Part shown: positions 51,465 to 64,000 of the stretch, piece after piece
Layout: each line of letters opens with the position of its first letter
Position numbering within the stretch: the first letter of the stretch is position 1
Assembly (NCBI GenBank): GCA_951406725.2
Contig: OX597830.1
Location: forward strand, 4,588,001-4,652,000
DNA from: Octopus vulgaris
Lineage: Eukaryota
Direction: 5' to 3'
Length of the DNA stretch: 64,000 nt
The notes under the pieces: model-generated
Told to the model about the DNA's origin: nothing
Databases searched by the model: none
The model's input: only the letters and a program-made list of their open reading frames with translations
Position numbers and translations under genes: made by a program

Positions 51465-53111
51465 TATGTAAAGAATGAGAACAAATTAAAGACAATAGCT
51501 GAAGGAATTAATGTCAAATCCCTCCCCTTTCAACTTAATAATAATAATAATGATAATAGAATGAAGAATATTTTCAAAAGTCTATTCTTTTGCTAAATAA
51601 GTCTTTGTATTAAAACAAGAAGATACATTGTCATTTTGGTAGCATTGTGAAAATTTTTTTGGACTTTTTGAAACACTAAATATGTGCGTGTGTGTGTGTG
51701 TGTGTGTGTTTGAGTGAGTGTGTGCGTGTGAGGATTTCAGTGGCAGCAGCATTTGAGAAATATTTTCTTTCAATTTAATTAGTGCAGGTCAATTATATTG
51801 GTATTCTCCCTTATTTTACCATTCTACACTCCCTTTTATTCTTACCTTGAGGAAATCTCTGAGGCAGGAATTACCATCTCTGAAGCAAGAAATGCTGGTG
51901 CTGCCTACAAACCAATTCCTTTAAATTAATTTCCCATCCTCTGTCATTTACATTAAGAAACATAATCTGATAAATCTATTTGTTGTTGCAACTGTTACTG
52001 CTGTTGCTAACCATCTGATCTGGCATAATGTATCAAGGATTGCATTATGTAATGCATATAGTCTTTTAATTGTTTTCAATTTGAGGATAATTTGCTTCCT
52101 ATTTCTAGCAGGGAGAGTGACCACATATAAGTCCACTTTTGCTGTTGCTGTGTCTGATGTTGTTGTTGTTAAGCAACAAGACGGATAAGGGTGATTAGAT
52201 GATCGTCTAGGGCTTAGGGGCGGGAGATCCCAGACCTTGGAAAAAAAAAAAACTTTGGTCGTCTTGTTGTAGTCGAGGGCTCTTTGTTGATGCCTGACAC
52301 CTGTGGGAGGTGGCCCTCGAAGTCGCTGGAAATGGAGATCTCCAGGTCCAAATTCTTGAACAGCTGCTGCTGCTGCTGTTAAGCTGACTCTGCTAATATC
52401 TGCCAAATCAACAAACCAAAGAATCGCACCCCCACCCACCACCATCAACACACACAGAGCTTGCACTCAGGCTGTAACAGATAAATAACTGGTCCGATGT
52501 TGGTCTTGGTTGTATTTGAACTGATGGCCAGTGTTTTCCAACTACCCATTCCAGCTTCAATATCCACCATATTGTTCCACAGTTCTATAACTCAAAAATA
52601 TGTAAACTGGACTTTTAAAAATTTTTCTGAGACTTAGCAACAACATCAAGGTTCTGTGCTGGTGGTGGTGGTGGTTCTGACTGAACAAACTTATAATCAG
52701 AAGTGTTACAACCAGGACCAAATTACCATTTTAATTCCAGTTATGCTTCATTCTTCATATGGGCTCCCATACTTTAATATCTTTGATCAAGCTTTTTCTA
52801 ATTTGGATTTCCAGTAAGAAATATTCCAATATAATATCACAGACAGACAGAAAATTAAGTAGCACAACACCTATTTACTAATGGTTTGTTTCTGATAAGG
52901 AAGTTTAAGTAATTAGGCCTCAAGAGGCACAACTTGGCTGGAAGCTATCTACAATAAATCCTAGACAGACTTCCAATTCAGATAAATTCTAAAGACAACA
53001 AATAGTACAAGGTACATGTGCTCTCATATAAAGATACACTCAAAGACTTGAAGAATATCTCTACAGATTTTCAGTAAACTTTGGAGCCAGCACTGAAAGT
53101 TATAACATATA

Positions 53112-53762
53112 TGTAGTCTGATCAATAAGTATCCGGACTGTTGCCATAGTAATGAAGCTGAAGAATGCAGAGTAAAGCTGCTTGGCACAGATTGACTGTG
53201 AACATTGTTGCGCATGCACACTAAGTTTTAACATTTTAGCTCACTTCTGCTGTTTGCAGCAGTACTTGGAAGGAAGGTGTGTAGTGTGTGATCGTCACAC
53301 TGACCATGACAGAGAAAGTCGAGCAGAGAATCTACATCAAATTTCGCCAAAAGCTTGGCGATACCTGCTCAGAGGCCTACACGGAGCTTTCAAATAGTTT
53401 TCATCATTCTCAACCCAATCAAGGAGATCTTGTGCAGCCCAAACCCAAGTGTCTTTTTGGCCAGCTGAAACCAGTTTTGGCACAAACTTGGCTGACATGC
53501 AACTCATACCCAAATCGTCAGTGATAATGGACTGAACTGAACCATAACTAATCTGCTCCTCCTCTGATAACTCACGGATGGTGATTCAATGATTTCCCCT
53601 CACAGCTGCATGCACATCTGTAATGTTTTTCTCAGTTCTGTTGGATGCGGGTCCCCCAGAATGTTGTTTCAACCAGCTTGGAAATACCTGAACCACTCGT
53701 ACAGTTCTGGGAAACTCATACACTCCTCTTCACACAGTTTCTACAACTTTGTGTAGGCCTCT
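53112..53762. mobile_element. Mariner-like element 5' half with internal inversion
   Basis: TA plus TIR-like TGTAGTCTGATCAATAAGTATCCGGACT; plus-strand N-terminus MTEKVEQRIYIKFRQKLGDTCSEAYT from 53306; minus-strand continuation EAYTKL*KLCEEECMSFPELYEWFRYF...ITIRELSEE...IITDDLGM..MSAKFVPKL (53762 to about 53397). Confidence 0.9.
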
Positions 53763-53927
53763 ATTAACTATTTCTTAACCATCCTCTCACACTGTCTCCA
53801 ATGAAGGGATATAATAAATAAATATCCTAGAAACAGCTGTAAGACCTATCTATAAATGTTCTAAAATCAACACAGCCTTGGTTTTTTTTTATCTCATTAC
53901 GAAATAAAATCCTTATATATATATATA

Positions 53928-54568
53928 GGCGCAGGAGTGGCTGTGTGGTAAGTAGCTTGCTAACCAACCACATGGTTCCGGGTTCAGTCCCACTGCGTGG
54001 CATCTTGGGCAAGTGTCTTCTGCTATAGCCCCGGGCCAACCAATGCCTTGTGAGTGGATTTGGTAGACAGAAACTGAAAGAAGCCTGTCGTATATATGTA
54101 TATATATATATATGTGTGTCTGTGTTTGTCCCCCTAGCATTGCTTGACAACCGATGCTGGTGTGTTTACGTCCCCGTCACTTAGCGGTTCAGCAAAAGAG
54201 ACCGCTAGAATAAGTACTGGGCTTACAAAGAATAGCACCATCCGAGTGTGATTGTTGCCTGACTGACATGTGAAAAACAACATTCAAGCAAGGTCGTTGC
54301 CAGTGCCACTGGACTGGCTCCTGTGGAGGTGACACATAAAAAAAACCATTTGAGCATGGCTGTTGCCAGTACTGCCTGACTGGCCCTCATGCCAGTGGCA
54401 TGTAAAAGCACCCACTACACTCTCAGAGTGGTTGGCATTAGGAAGGGCATCCAGCTGTAGATACTTTGCCAGATCAGATTGGAGCCTGGTGCAGCCATCT
54501 GACTCACCAGTCCTGTCAAACCGCCCAACCCATGCCAGTGGACATTAAACGATGATGATGATGATGAT
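53928..54568 (+). mobile_element. Young SINE family A followed by an RTE 3'UTR ending in (GAT)n (composite)
   Basis: GGCGCAGGAGTGGCTGTGTGG (A box), GGTTCAGTCCC (B box), CpG-rich body to about 54232; 54235-54568 is the reverse complement of the 33222-33530-type 3'UTR. Confidence 0.9.
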
Positions 54569-56019
54569 ATATATATATACACATGTCTATATACAGATAT
54601 ATGTATATAGGCTGCCTACATTTTTTCCTGCATGGAAATACACCCCCTCTTTTGTTATTATATATATATATATATATATATATACGTGTGTATTTGTGTA
54701 TGCTTATCAATAGACATAAACACATGAACATGGGTTACTGAAGTCAAGGATGATGATGAACATTGCCATAATGATAGCGATGATGTGGATGATGGTTTTC
54801 AGAGAAATGATTCTGAGAATACGAATAATTCTGCTGCTGCTGATGATTATGATGATGATGGCAAATTATATGTAAAAGAAAAATATTTGTAAATGAAATG
54901 AAAGTTAGAGAGAGAAAGCAAGGAGAGAGGAGCAGAGAGGGTGGAACATTATGGCGAAGTGGAAACTTCACTCCAGCAGTAAATTATTGCCTATTGAGGG
55001 AAATGTTGTGTCAGAAGTATGTGGTTTACACCACAACAATAAAATCTATACTCTATCACTTTCAACAATCCCATTCTATCGATATTCAACTCTTCAGCTT
55101 CATTATTTTCCTAGAATAATAATTTTCTACAAGGGCAAAATCAATCATGAACATAAATCTCACCATCATACTATCTATCTTGCTTACCCTCTCTCACTTT
55201 CTTCCTTTCTTTCTGTCAGTCTCTTTCTCTCTCTCTTTCCTTGTCTTTCTTTCTCTCTACCTCTCTCTCTCTCTCTCTCAACTTTCTCTTTCTGTATTAG
55301 TCTCTTAGTGTATATAATTTTACTTTGGTGTAAGTGTCTACACACACACAAAATTTGTATGTATATACATTCATATACTCAACTGTGTGTGTGTATGTTT
55401 ATTTGTATAGATATATATATAAACATATAAAAGATGCATATAAAATATATTTTTAATACACTATATGTACTTTATATATATATTTATATATATATTGTAT
55501 ATGCGTGTGCATGTAAACAGTTTTTCATAGCAATGAAAATTCAATATAAAATAGGTTAATAGACTGTGTAATAGACAGTTGTATGCACATATATCCGTAT
55601 GCATATATCTACACATGCACACACGCATATAGATATATTCAACTGTGAATCAGAGTGTATACACAGTGTGTATGTAAACATACGGTTATATTTGTTTGTA
55701 TTCCCACAATCCTTGATGTTTGTTCAGTTCATTTCCCCTCCTTCTCTTTAGATTTTTTTCTTCTTTCCACTTTCTTTATTTTGTCTGTGAAGAGACAGAA
55801 AAATAGACCAAAGATCTATAAATACTGGAGATTTGCAGAGATATTCTTCAAAAATTTTTCACTTACTAAATTATTTCCTTTTATACATTTTTTTGTGTAT
55901 GCGCGTGCACATGTGTGTGTGTATGTGAGTTTGTTGAGTTAGGTAGTGGAAGAATACTTGCTGGATTTAGGACTTGAATATTCTAAAGTGGTGTAGTGTT
56001 GAAAATGAAGACTGTTTTG

Positions 56020-56370
56020 GAACCTTGTCAGCATGATATCTCCATGTGCCAAACCCAATATTTATGATATCATGGATGACTATCTGGCCAGCATATCAAC
56101 AGCTTGCTATTATATCACAACCATCAGATGCTGGTTATTACACCATTATTGAGGGCTTCTTCACTTTACAAACACATTTCCATATCTTTTATTACAATAT
56201 TCGTTACCTGAGATGCTATGTGGATCACTCAACAATTCTTCCTTTTTTCAAGAGGATTCTCCTTTTACCGATTCTGTTAGATGACTATCAAATAGAGATA
56301 CGCTAGCACATCTGTTTGGCTCTGTACATTCTATATTCTAGAAGACTTCTCAGGCATTTTACTCCCACTG
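56020..56370 (-). pseudogene. Possible highly decayed RTE-type LINE C-terminal fragment
   Basis: Minus strand contains YAGQIVIH (cf. RWAGHVVRM) in a purine-biased, ORF-like context; weak. Confidence 0.3.
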
Positions 56371-57459
56371 AAATATTCCATTTATTTCTGAAATATTCTC
56401 ACAGCTAAGAAATTATATGGTACCTCTCAACAACTTAGAATTAATTATTTGGGAATTGCAAGGAAGTTTACAAAGATATTGTAAAAGAATAGCTTTTCTG
56501 CTCTCAGTCTGTTTAACAGACTGAGGGCATTATTGCTACTTTAATGTGGCCAGAGAGAAAAGAGATAGATAGATCATCATCATCATCTATTAGTGGTCAG
56601 CCTGGGCTACAATAGAGGATGCTTGCCCAATGTGCTGAGGGGTGGGACTGAACCAGAAAACTTTTAGTTGTGAGCAAACTCTTTAACCACACAGCCATGC
56701 CTGTGCCTCAAACCATTTACTCTGGAAAAATAAATATTAAAAAAAAAAATATTCTGATTAAACTGAAGATTCTTAAACTTTTAAGATTGAACACATTTTA
56801 AAAGAATATTTTTTGTGACACATTAGTTAAGTTTTGTTAACAAATATTTGTTCAGTCGCAATTAAATGTCTTACCCACACATCACCAGCAGGATGCAGAA
56901 TTGTCATTCTCAAATATACTTCACAGCTAAACATGTAAAAAGTCATTAAAATTGACTCAATTTCCTGACACAGCTAGATTAGTGGCGACATATTTAAATG
57001 CAGTGACACACAGGTGGAAAATGCTAAATGAGACAATTGGGGAAGAAAAATTACTTTAAAATGGGTTCTGTTTTATGGGGAAGTTAAAATAACTTGCAAC
57101 ATCTGAGAACTGTGTTAATTTGTTAACTAAATTATTCAAAGTAATTAGCTTTTAATAAGTTCAATAAACTGTAACAAATATGTATTAAAATTGCACTTTC
57201 CCTGGGTGAAATACTGTAGTTAAAAGTGCTTTAACACAACACATACATTCAGTAGGTCACATTCATGATGTTTATATCATTAGAGCTGCGTCTGGCTCAA
57301 AATTTAATTTTTGCCATACTTGTGCAGTGCTGGTGAACATCAAGAGATAGATTCTATGCTATCAGCATCAATACCTCTGAACAGCAACCTGAGTTTGTCA
57401 TCAGGGTGTCGCATGGTGCAGTACTGAAAAGCTAAAATAACAGTGAAATAGCAATATCT

Positions 57460-57695
57460 TATTTCTTTATAGCCCACAAGGGGCTAAACATAGAGGGGAC
57501 AAACAAGGACAGACAAAGAGATTAAGTCGATTACATCAACCCCAGTGTGTAACTGGTACTTAATTTATCGACCCGAAAAGGATGAAAGGCAAAGTCGACC
57601 TCGGCGGAATTTGAACTCTGAACGTAATGGCAGACGAAATACCACTAAGCATTTTGCTTGTCATGCTAACAATTCTGCAGGCTCACTGCCGTGAA
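57460..57695 (-). mobile_element. Full-length, young SINE family B with perfect 16-bp TSD
   Basis: TGAAATAGCAATATCT at 57444-57459 and 57696-57711; closely matches the reverse complement of 29683-29917. Confidence 0.93.
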
Positions 57696-59554
57696 TGAAA
57701 TAGCAATATCTGCCATTTCTGTTTGCCTGTGAGGCAGTTTCTTTTTTCAAATGACTTTCAGGTATGCAGAGTTTTATTAACACTTTATGTCTTAAAGGGA
57801 CTTCTTACCTTTGGATGAAATATTGTAGCCTAAACACACACATTAAGTATACGACATGGATTATGGTACTTAAGAATTCATTTGCTCTCACATTTCTGTT
57901 CAAATACATTACTTTTGTTACAATTAATTTTCAAAATATAGTTCTTGTCTGCCACAGAGCCTTGTGAGTTGGTGTGGCAGATGGAAGATCCCTCATGTGT
58001 GAAAATGTCCATACCTCTTCATGCATACATGTGCGTGTGTGTGTGTGTGTGTGTGCACTCACATGTATGTATGTGAGCATGCATGTGTGTTTGAGTGATT
58101 GTGATGGAGTTCCCCCGTTTTGGACATTGTGAGATAGTTACGAAAGGGCGCCACTGTTTTATACAAGTGTCTTTTATTGCCAATCATCCATGAAAACATG
58201 TTCAACTGTGAGGAAATATTAACTTGGAAGCAGATGCAACAGAAAGGGCATCTGGCCATAGAAAATCTGTCTCACCAAATTCTGCCTGACCCCTGCAAGC
58301 ATAGTAAACAGAATGCTAAAACAAGGATGATAATGAATTTTATAAAATAACTTTACCATTTTGCTGTGTCTGGGGAGAGTCATTTCCTTATTATGTAACA
58401 CACTCACCGGTGAAATTTCCACTTATTTCTTATTTTTATTTTCCTAAAATTTTCGTTGCATCTTGCTAAACCGATCTTTAAATTGCAGGAAATTTTGATG
58501 GAAGGTTTTAATTTAGATCCCTTTTAAATATGTAATTCGTATCAAGGAACCTAGAATAGTCTGACATGGGTTGGTATTACAAGGGTCAAAGTTCATTGTG
58601 ACAAGTAAAGGAAAACATTTAAACTGAATTAAGAATGAGGGTAGTTTATAAGATTTTTTCACTCCTCTGAGGTGCTTTTATGAATCTTCAATCATGGTTT
58701 TTTATTTTAGATGACCTTGATCATTTAGACATTGTTCCGGCTCTGACTATTATGTCTTCTATTTAAACATGTATCTCAGATAACATTATCTGATGTCTCC
58801 TAGTTATTACTGTCATATATTCTTTATATCAACTCTAGTCCAGCAGACCACTCAGTGTTCTGGACAGAAAATCAAATATTTTGTCCAGATATTGTGCATC
58901 TAGGACTAGAATATTCAATGAACCTTTCTTTTATTTAAGATAACAAAATGTGCTTTGATAGAGATTAAACTATAACTTCCTGCAGGTTGAGTGACCAGCT
59001 AGAAGCTCCTCCATTGACAAACTAACGTCCACCCCAACTGATTTCCATGCTAGGAACAAATCGCTAATAATTATGATATCTTTTATAAAATCACTTGGTA
59101 AATCTAATCACATAGATATCAGTTATGCAATATTGACAACAGATATCCTCAACACTGATCCTAATACCTGGTCCACAAAGATAATCTTCTGCAAGTGACA
59201 TGCATATCTACTTAAATGTCGAAGAATATCATTCAGACACTTTCTGGTAAATCTTTTGCCATTCCAACAATCTCCAGTCTCTTTAGAATTCTACTTCTTA
59301 AAAAGATTACGGTCTTTCATGGTCTTTTTATGTCTTTAAATCCCAGAGAAGAAATGATTTGCTTCTATTTTCTTTGTTGTTTATTATTAAACATAAAGAG
59401 ATTACACGGATTACATTGTTTGTAGCTGCATTCTGGCATTCCTGAAATTACTGGTATGTACACAGTCGTATGTGTATACATATATGTATTTCTGCATATG
59501 AGTATGAATGTATATACTTGTGTGTGTGTATCTGTATGTATGAAATTGTACAAA

Positions 59555-59938
59555 TGCAGGCAAGGCTGTGTGGTAGGGTATTTCTTTCCCAACCACATGG
59601 TTCTGGGTTCAGTCTCAATGCGTGGCACCTTGGGAAAGTGTTTTCTACTATAGCCTCAGGCCAACCAAAGCTTTGTGAATTGATTTGGTAGACAGAAACT
59701 GAAAAGAAAATCATCATGTGTGTGTGTGTGTGTGTTTGTTCCACACTACTGCTTGACAACCAGCATTGGGTTGTTTATGTCCCCACAACTTAGCAGTTCA
59801 ACAAAAGAGCCTGACAGAATAAGCACAAGGCTTAAGAAAAATAAGTACCAGGGCCGGTTTATCTAAACTTCATCAGGGTGGTGCTCCAGCATGGCCACAG
59901 TCTAATGACAGAAACAGGTAAATGATCAAAGACAAAAG
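59555..59938 (+). mobile_element. tRNA-derived SINE family A, full length
   Basis: GCAGGCAAGGCTGTGTGG...GGGTTCAGTC...(GT)n...GCTCCAGCATGGCCACAG...AAAAG tail. Confidence 0.85.
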
Positions 59939-60390
59939 TACCCAACGTACATTTGGGTGTTTTATTCTGTTCTTGAGAAATTAGAAATTCCACTAAACAT
60001 TACTTTTTGTTAAATCTTCTGATTTTCAAAAGATTGCAGAAATATGGAGCTTGGCCTCACAGAAAAAATTCAGAGTGAAATTGAGTGTGTGTGTGTGTGT
60101 GTGTTGTCAAATTCATAAATTGTCTTAACTTTACATAATTTTCATTATTTCTATATAATTACCTTTATAAAATATATAATTTTTACATAATTGGCTTTCA
60201 TCTCCTTCCCATATATTTCCTATAAACAAACGCACAAATTTGTTTTCTTAATTCTTTTGCAACGAAACTGGAATTGTCAGTGATATGATGCAGTATATTC
60301 TAGCACAGAACAATATTAACCACTTGTCCCACTTATGCTGAATATCTAAACATCTGATACCTCTTTATACATACATGCACATATAATATT

Positions 60391-60438
<48 letters not shown>

Positions 60439-60617
60439 ATATGTAAGAGCATATATGTGTGTGTGTGTGTGTGTGTATAATCATATTATATGTAGTTTAC
60501 ACAATGTTCAGAAAACATATACTGACGATTGCATTGAATTGAAACATCAGAAGGTTTGGAGGGAAATATGAAATAATAATGAAGAAAAGAGGACAGACAA
60601 TTTGTCTGATAGATAGG

Positions 60618-60658
<41 letters not shown>

Positions 60659-61640
60659 GGAGGGAGGGAGAGAGAGAGACAGGCAGAAAGATAGGGAAAG
60701 CAATGGAACTGAGAGGGTGAAAGGGAGGACCAGCTGCACAAAAATGATATCGATAGAAATTAAAAACAAACAAAATATATAAGAGTCGTGGAAAATTCGA
60801 AATTAAAGAAAAAGAAGAGAAGGGAGACAAAGATGAATCGAGTTAGACAGTCAGATACTAAACATATATGTGTGAGCATGTATGAATCTATTATGTATGT
60901 ATAGATATACTATATAGGTATCTATTATGCATGCATATTTATGTATGTATATATATGTATATACATATATACATATGTGTGTGTGTGTGTATGTCTGTAT
61001 ATTATATAACTTTGAATATGAGTATGCATACATATGCATTTATGATTTTGCATGTATACACATACATACATAAATACATATATGTATTTATATATATCTA
61101 TACATAGACACACGCATATAGACACATTGATTCCGAGAGAGAGGGAGAGAAGGGGAGAGGACTAGAGATAATGAGAGATGCAAAGAAAGAAGTGATGAGA
61201 AAATCGATTTTTAATCTTTAACTTCTGTGCTTTCTGATACGACTCTTCCTCTTCATCGTTCACACTCCTCCATCAACAACAGCTTCTCAATTCCAATCCA
61301 TTTTATTTCTAGTCTTCTTTCTTCCTCCTCTTCCATGTTAAAACTATTCCTTTGCACCACATTACAGCATTAGGCACATTTGCTCGCTGTGGCTTATCCA
61401 CAATTAAATTGATCGTGTGTGTATCCCATACGCATCACCGAGTATAGATCTATGTGCACACGGATAGATATCTACATATATTCCATACAAGTGACTGTGT
61501 GTGTATTTACATAGAGTAGGCTTCAAAATTATGCGCAAACACTTTAAATAACGAAATTTCATCAAATTTATGCGTCTATTGATTTACTTTACTACAAGAA
61601 AGCATCTATGTTATGTGTGTCTGTGTGTCTATATATACAT

Positions 61641-61677
<37 letters not shown>

Positions 61678-62004
61678 CTGGTGCATTCTTTTCAAGATAT
61701 GTATGTAATTGCAAATGCATATACCCTGCATTTTATGCATACACAAAATGCATTAGTTCCTTATATACTTCTTAATGGTTTCAAGCTATAACATGTCGTT
61801 CAAGTTGCTATGATGGGGGGGGGATGTAAAACATTGAAATAATCACCATTTTGTTGTTGCACCCCAACCTTTCGTCTTGACTGTTTCTCCAAGGGTTCGG
61901 ACATGGGAATTCAAAATTCATGGCATTTATTTCTTCTTGCTGTTGTTATTTGTCTGGATTAAAGAGGAAAAAAATGAAAACCAAGAAAGTTAACCTTTTA
62001 TTCA

Positions 62005-62340
62005 TTGTCATCATCATCATCACCATCATCATCATTTAATGTCCATCTTTCATGCTGTCATGGATTGGACTGTTTGACAATCTGCTGGGCCCAAGGACCG
62101 CATTACACTCCAGTGTTGGCTTTGGCGCAATTTTTCCACAGCTGGGTGCCCTTCCTAATGCCAACCACTTTACAGTGTGAACTGGGTACATTTATCATAC
62201 CACCCAGCTCTCACGGGGGGCCACTTTACAGTGTGAACTGGGTGCATTTATCATGCCACTCAGATCTCATGGGGGCCACCATACAGTTTGCAAGACTACA
62301 AACCCTGAAGGGGCAACATCATGCTATGAGATGAGGGGGT
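62005..62340 (-). mobile_element. RTE-3'UTR-type repeat containing a 56-bp tandem duplication
   Basis: (TCA)n then TTTAATGTCC...; CCACTTTACAGTGTGAACTGGGT at 62165 and 62221. Confidence 0.75.
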
Positions 62341-64000
62341 AAAAGATTGTAAAGTATGGTAGAAGGGGCCAGAGCTGATTGGTAGATTTTTTGCGGTTGC
62401 TTGAGTGGCTGTGGAAAGCTGAAAATTAATCCTGGTGAGGTGTTAGTGACTGGCCGTCAAGATATGAGGTGTATAGAAATAGATGGAAGAGAGGGAGCAG
62501 GAGTGAGTGGGGGGGGAGTAGATGACTAATAGTGTGGAACTGCTGGGTGAGAAGGACAAGGGATGATGATGCTGGATAAGTTGCAGGAGTGGGTGGGGAA
62601 GGGAAGGGCCGGCAGGCGTTGTGCATGAGGAGGGGGAGGAGAGATAATTTGATGAGACTTGTTGAAGTAATTTACTACAGCCAGAGATCCTTTCTGATGC
62701 TGAAGGGACACACACTGTCACCACTGAAGTGGCAGTGATAAGCAAAGATGAAAGGCATGCCAACACGCACAATATACACACATTTAGAACACACAAACAA
62801 TCATTGCAATAAAAAGAAGTTTGTAAAACAGGTGTAACAGAAAGGGTATTAAGCCATAGATTACTATAACCTCATTAAGTTTTGTCTAATCTAAGCCAGC
62901 ATATATATATATATATATATATCAAATGAGCTTCCATATAATTTTTATCAAGCAAATGGATTAGCAAGGCAGTAAAAGACTCACGGTGCCAGTCAGTGGA
63001 TTCAAATACCAAACTATACCAATACAAAATCATTTACATGAGTTGTAGTTGACATTAAAATAACCGCATAATTAATTAACAACAAATTATACCAATTAAC
63101 AGTGTCATAATTACAGTTACAGATGTAAGGAAGGTGAAGTCTGATAAAGACATGATGTTGCTAATACACTAAGTGAGGTCTGTGACACCTAAATCTTTGA
63201 AGTGGAATCTGGTCTAGGAAATAATTACATGAAGTCAGAGCATAAAGCTACTTATAGGACAATATGGAACTAAAATGTACCATTCTATGTATTTATCTAG
63301 TTATTTATTCCTTTATGCTAAAGAATCTACTTTTCTTTCTAGAATTTATGGCCTATTCCATTTTCCTCTGTTGCTTCTTTTATTTCCTTTGTGCAAAGAA
63401 TGATCTAAAAGCCATCTTTAACCTTCTTGCTTTCTATATGTGTGCAACTATTTCCATCTTTTAAATATTTTGTCTTCATGATTCCATACCTTTTACTAAT
63501 ATTTTGCAAAATCTACATTAACTGCGTAGATTTACTTAAAAGCTCTTTACTATTTGGTGGTGAGGAGATATACTGTAACAATTTAATACATTTGCTTGGG
63601 ATTATTTTATCAGATATCTAACACAGCCCAAACTGCATGTGTGTATGTGTGCGATCAGTCCATCCATCTGCCTATCCATCCATGTCTCTGTCTGTCCATC
63701 CATTTAGAATTTGTTATACAATGCCTGACTTATTTACAAATCTATAACGAAGACAATATATTCAACTAATCTACCTCCCTACATGCATACCAACCTTCCT
63801 TCCTGTCTACCTGCCTTTTATCTATTGTATGTGTTTCTACCCACCTATCCACCCGTTCCTTCACCAAACCATTCAACCTTAAACCATCCACTATAGTACA
63901 TACCTCATTCCCTCCATTCATCTGTTAATCGCACCAAATGTTGCTCTTTATTTCAAATATTGCTGAACATTACTCATGTAACAATCACAATGCTATTTAA

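Noticed and set aside
51948-52466. 172-aa minus-strand ORF
   Set aside because: Non-ATG start, crosses a homopolymer run and trinucleotide repeats, no recognisable motif
53928-54000. tRNA-like sequences with A and B boxes (also 4153, 26334, 29683)
   Set aside because: No complete cloverleaf; they continue into multi-copy bodies and tails, so they are SINE heads, not tRNA genes
58368-58470. Inserted repeat fragment with minus-strand GCAAGATGCAACGAAA, reminiscent of hammerhead stem II plus GAAA
   Set aside because: Truncated before any CUGANGA core, so it cannot be supported from this copy

Overview
AT-rich eukaryotic (animal) genomic DNA, very dense in microsatellites ((TA)n, (CA)n, (TAA)n, (CTA)n, (GAT)n) and short interspersed repeats. 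The repeat landscape (tRNA-derived SINEs with RTE-like and (ATT)n tails, RTE and R4/Dong LINE relics, mariner, hAT and piggyBac-like MITEs) looks like an octopus/coleoid cephalopod genome; this is inference from pattern recognition, not a database search. I found no host protein-coding exon, tRNA, rRNA or CRISPR. Almost all listed ORFs are microsatellite or SINE translations, and the only recognisable protein fragments are decayed transposon ORFs. The window is most likely a large intron or gene desert. Main observations: (1) three short fold-back loci (about 15.2, 16.4 and 21.3 kb) whose outward-facing arms resemble decayed type-I hammerhead ribozymes of Penelope-like pseudo-LTRs, best preserved at 21.3-21.5 kb, plus two solitary decayed cores; (2) two mariner relics, both internally inverted; (3) a SINE family with swappable 3' tails that correlate with insertion mode; (4) a motif-dense non-repetitive island at 0.3-0.55 kb (CCAAT, TATA, E-boxes, RFX X-box). 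All alignments and foldings were done by eye.
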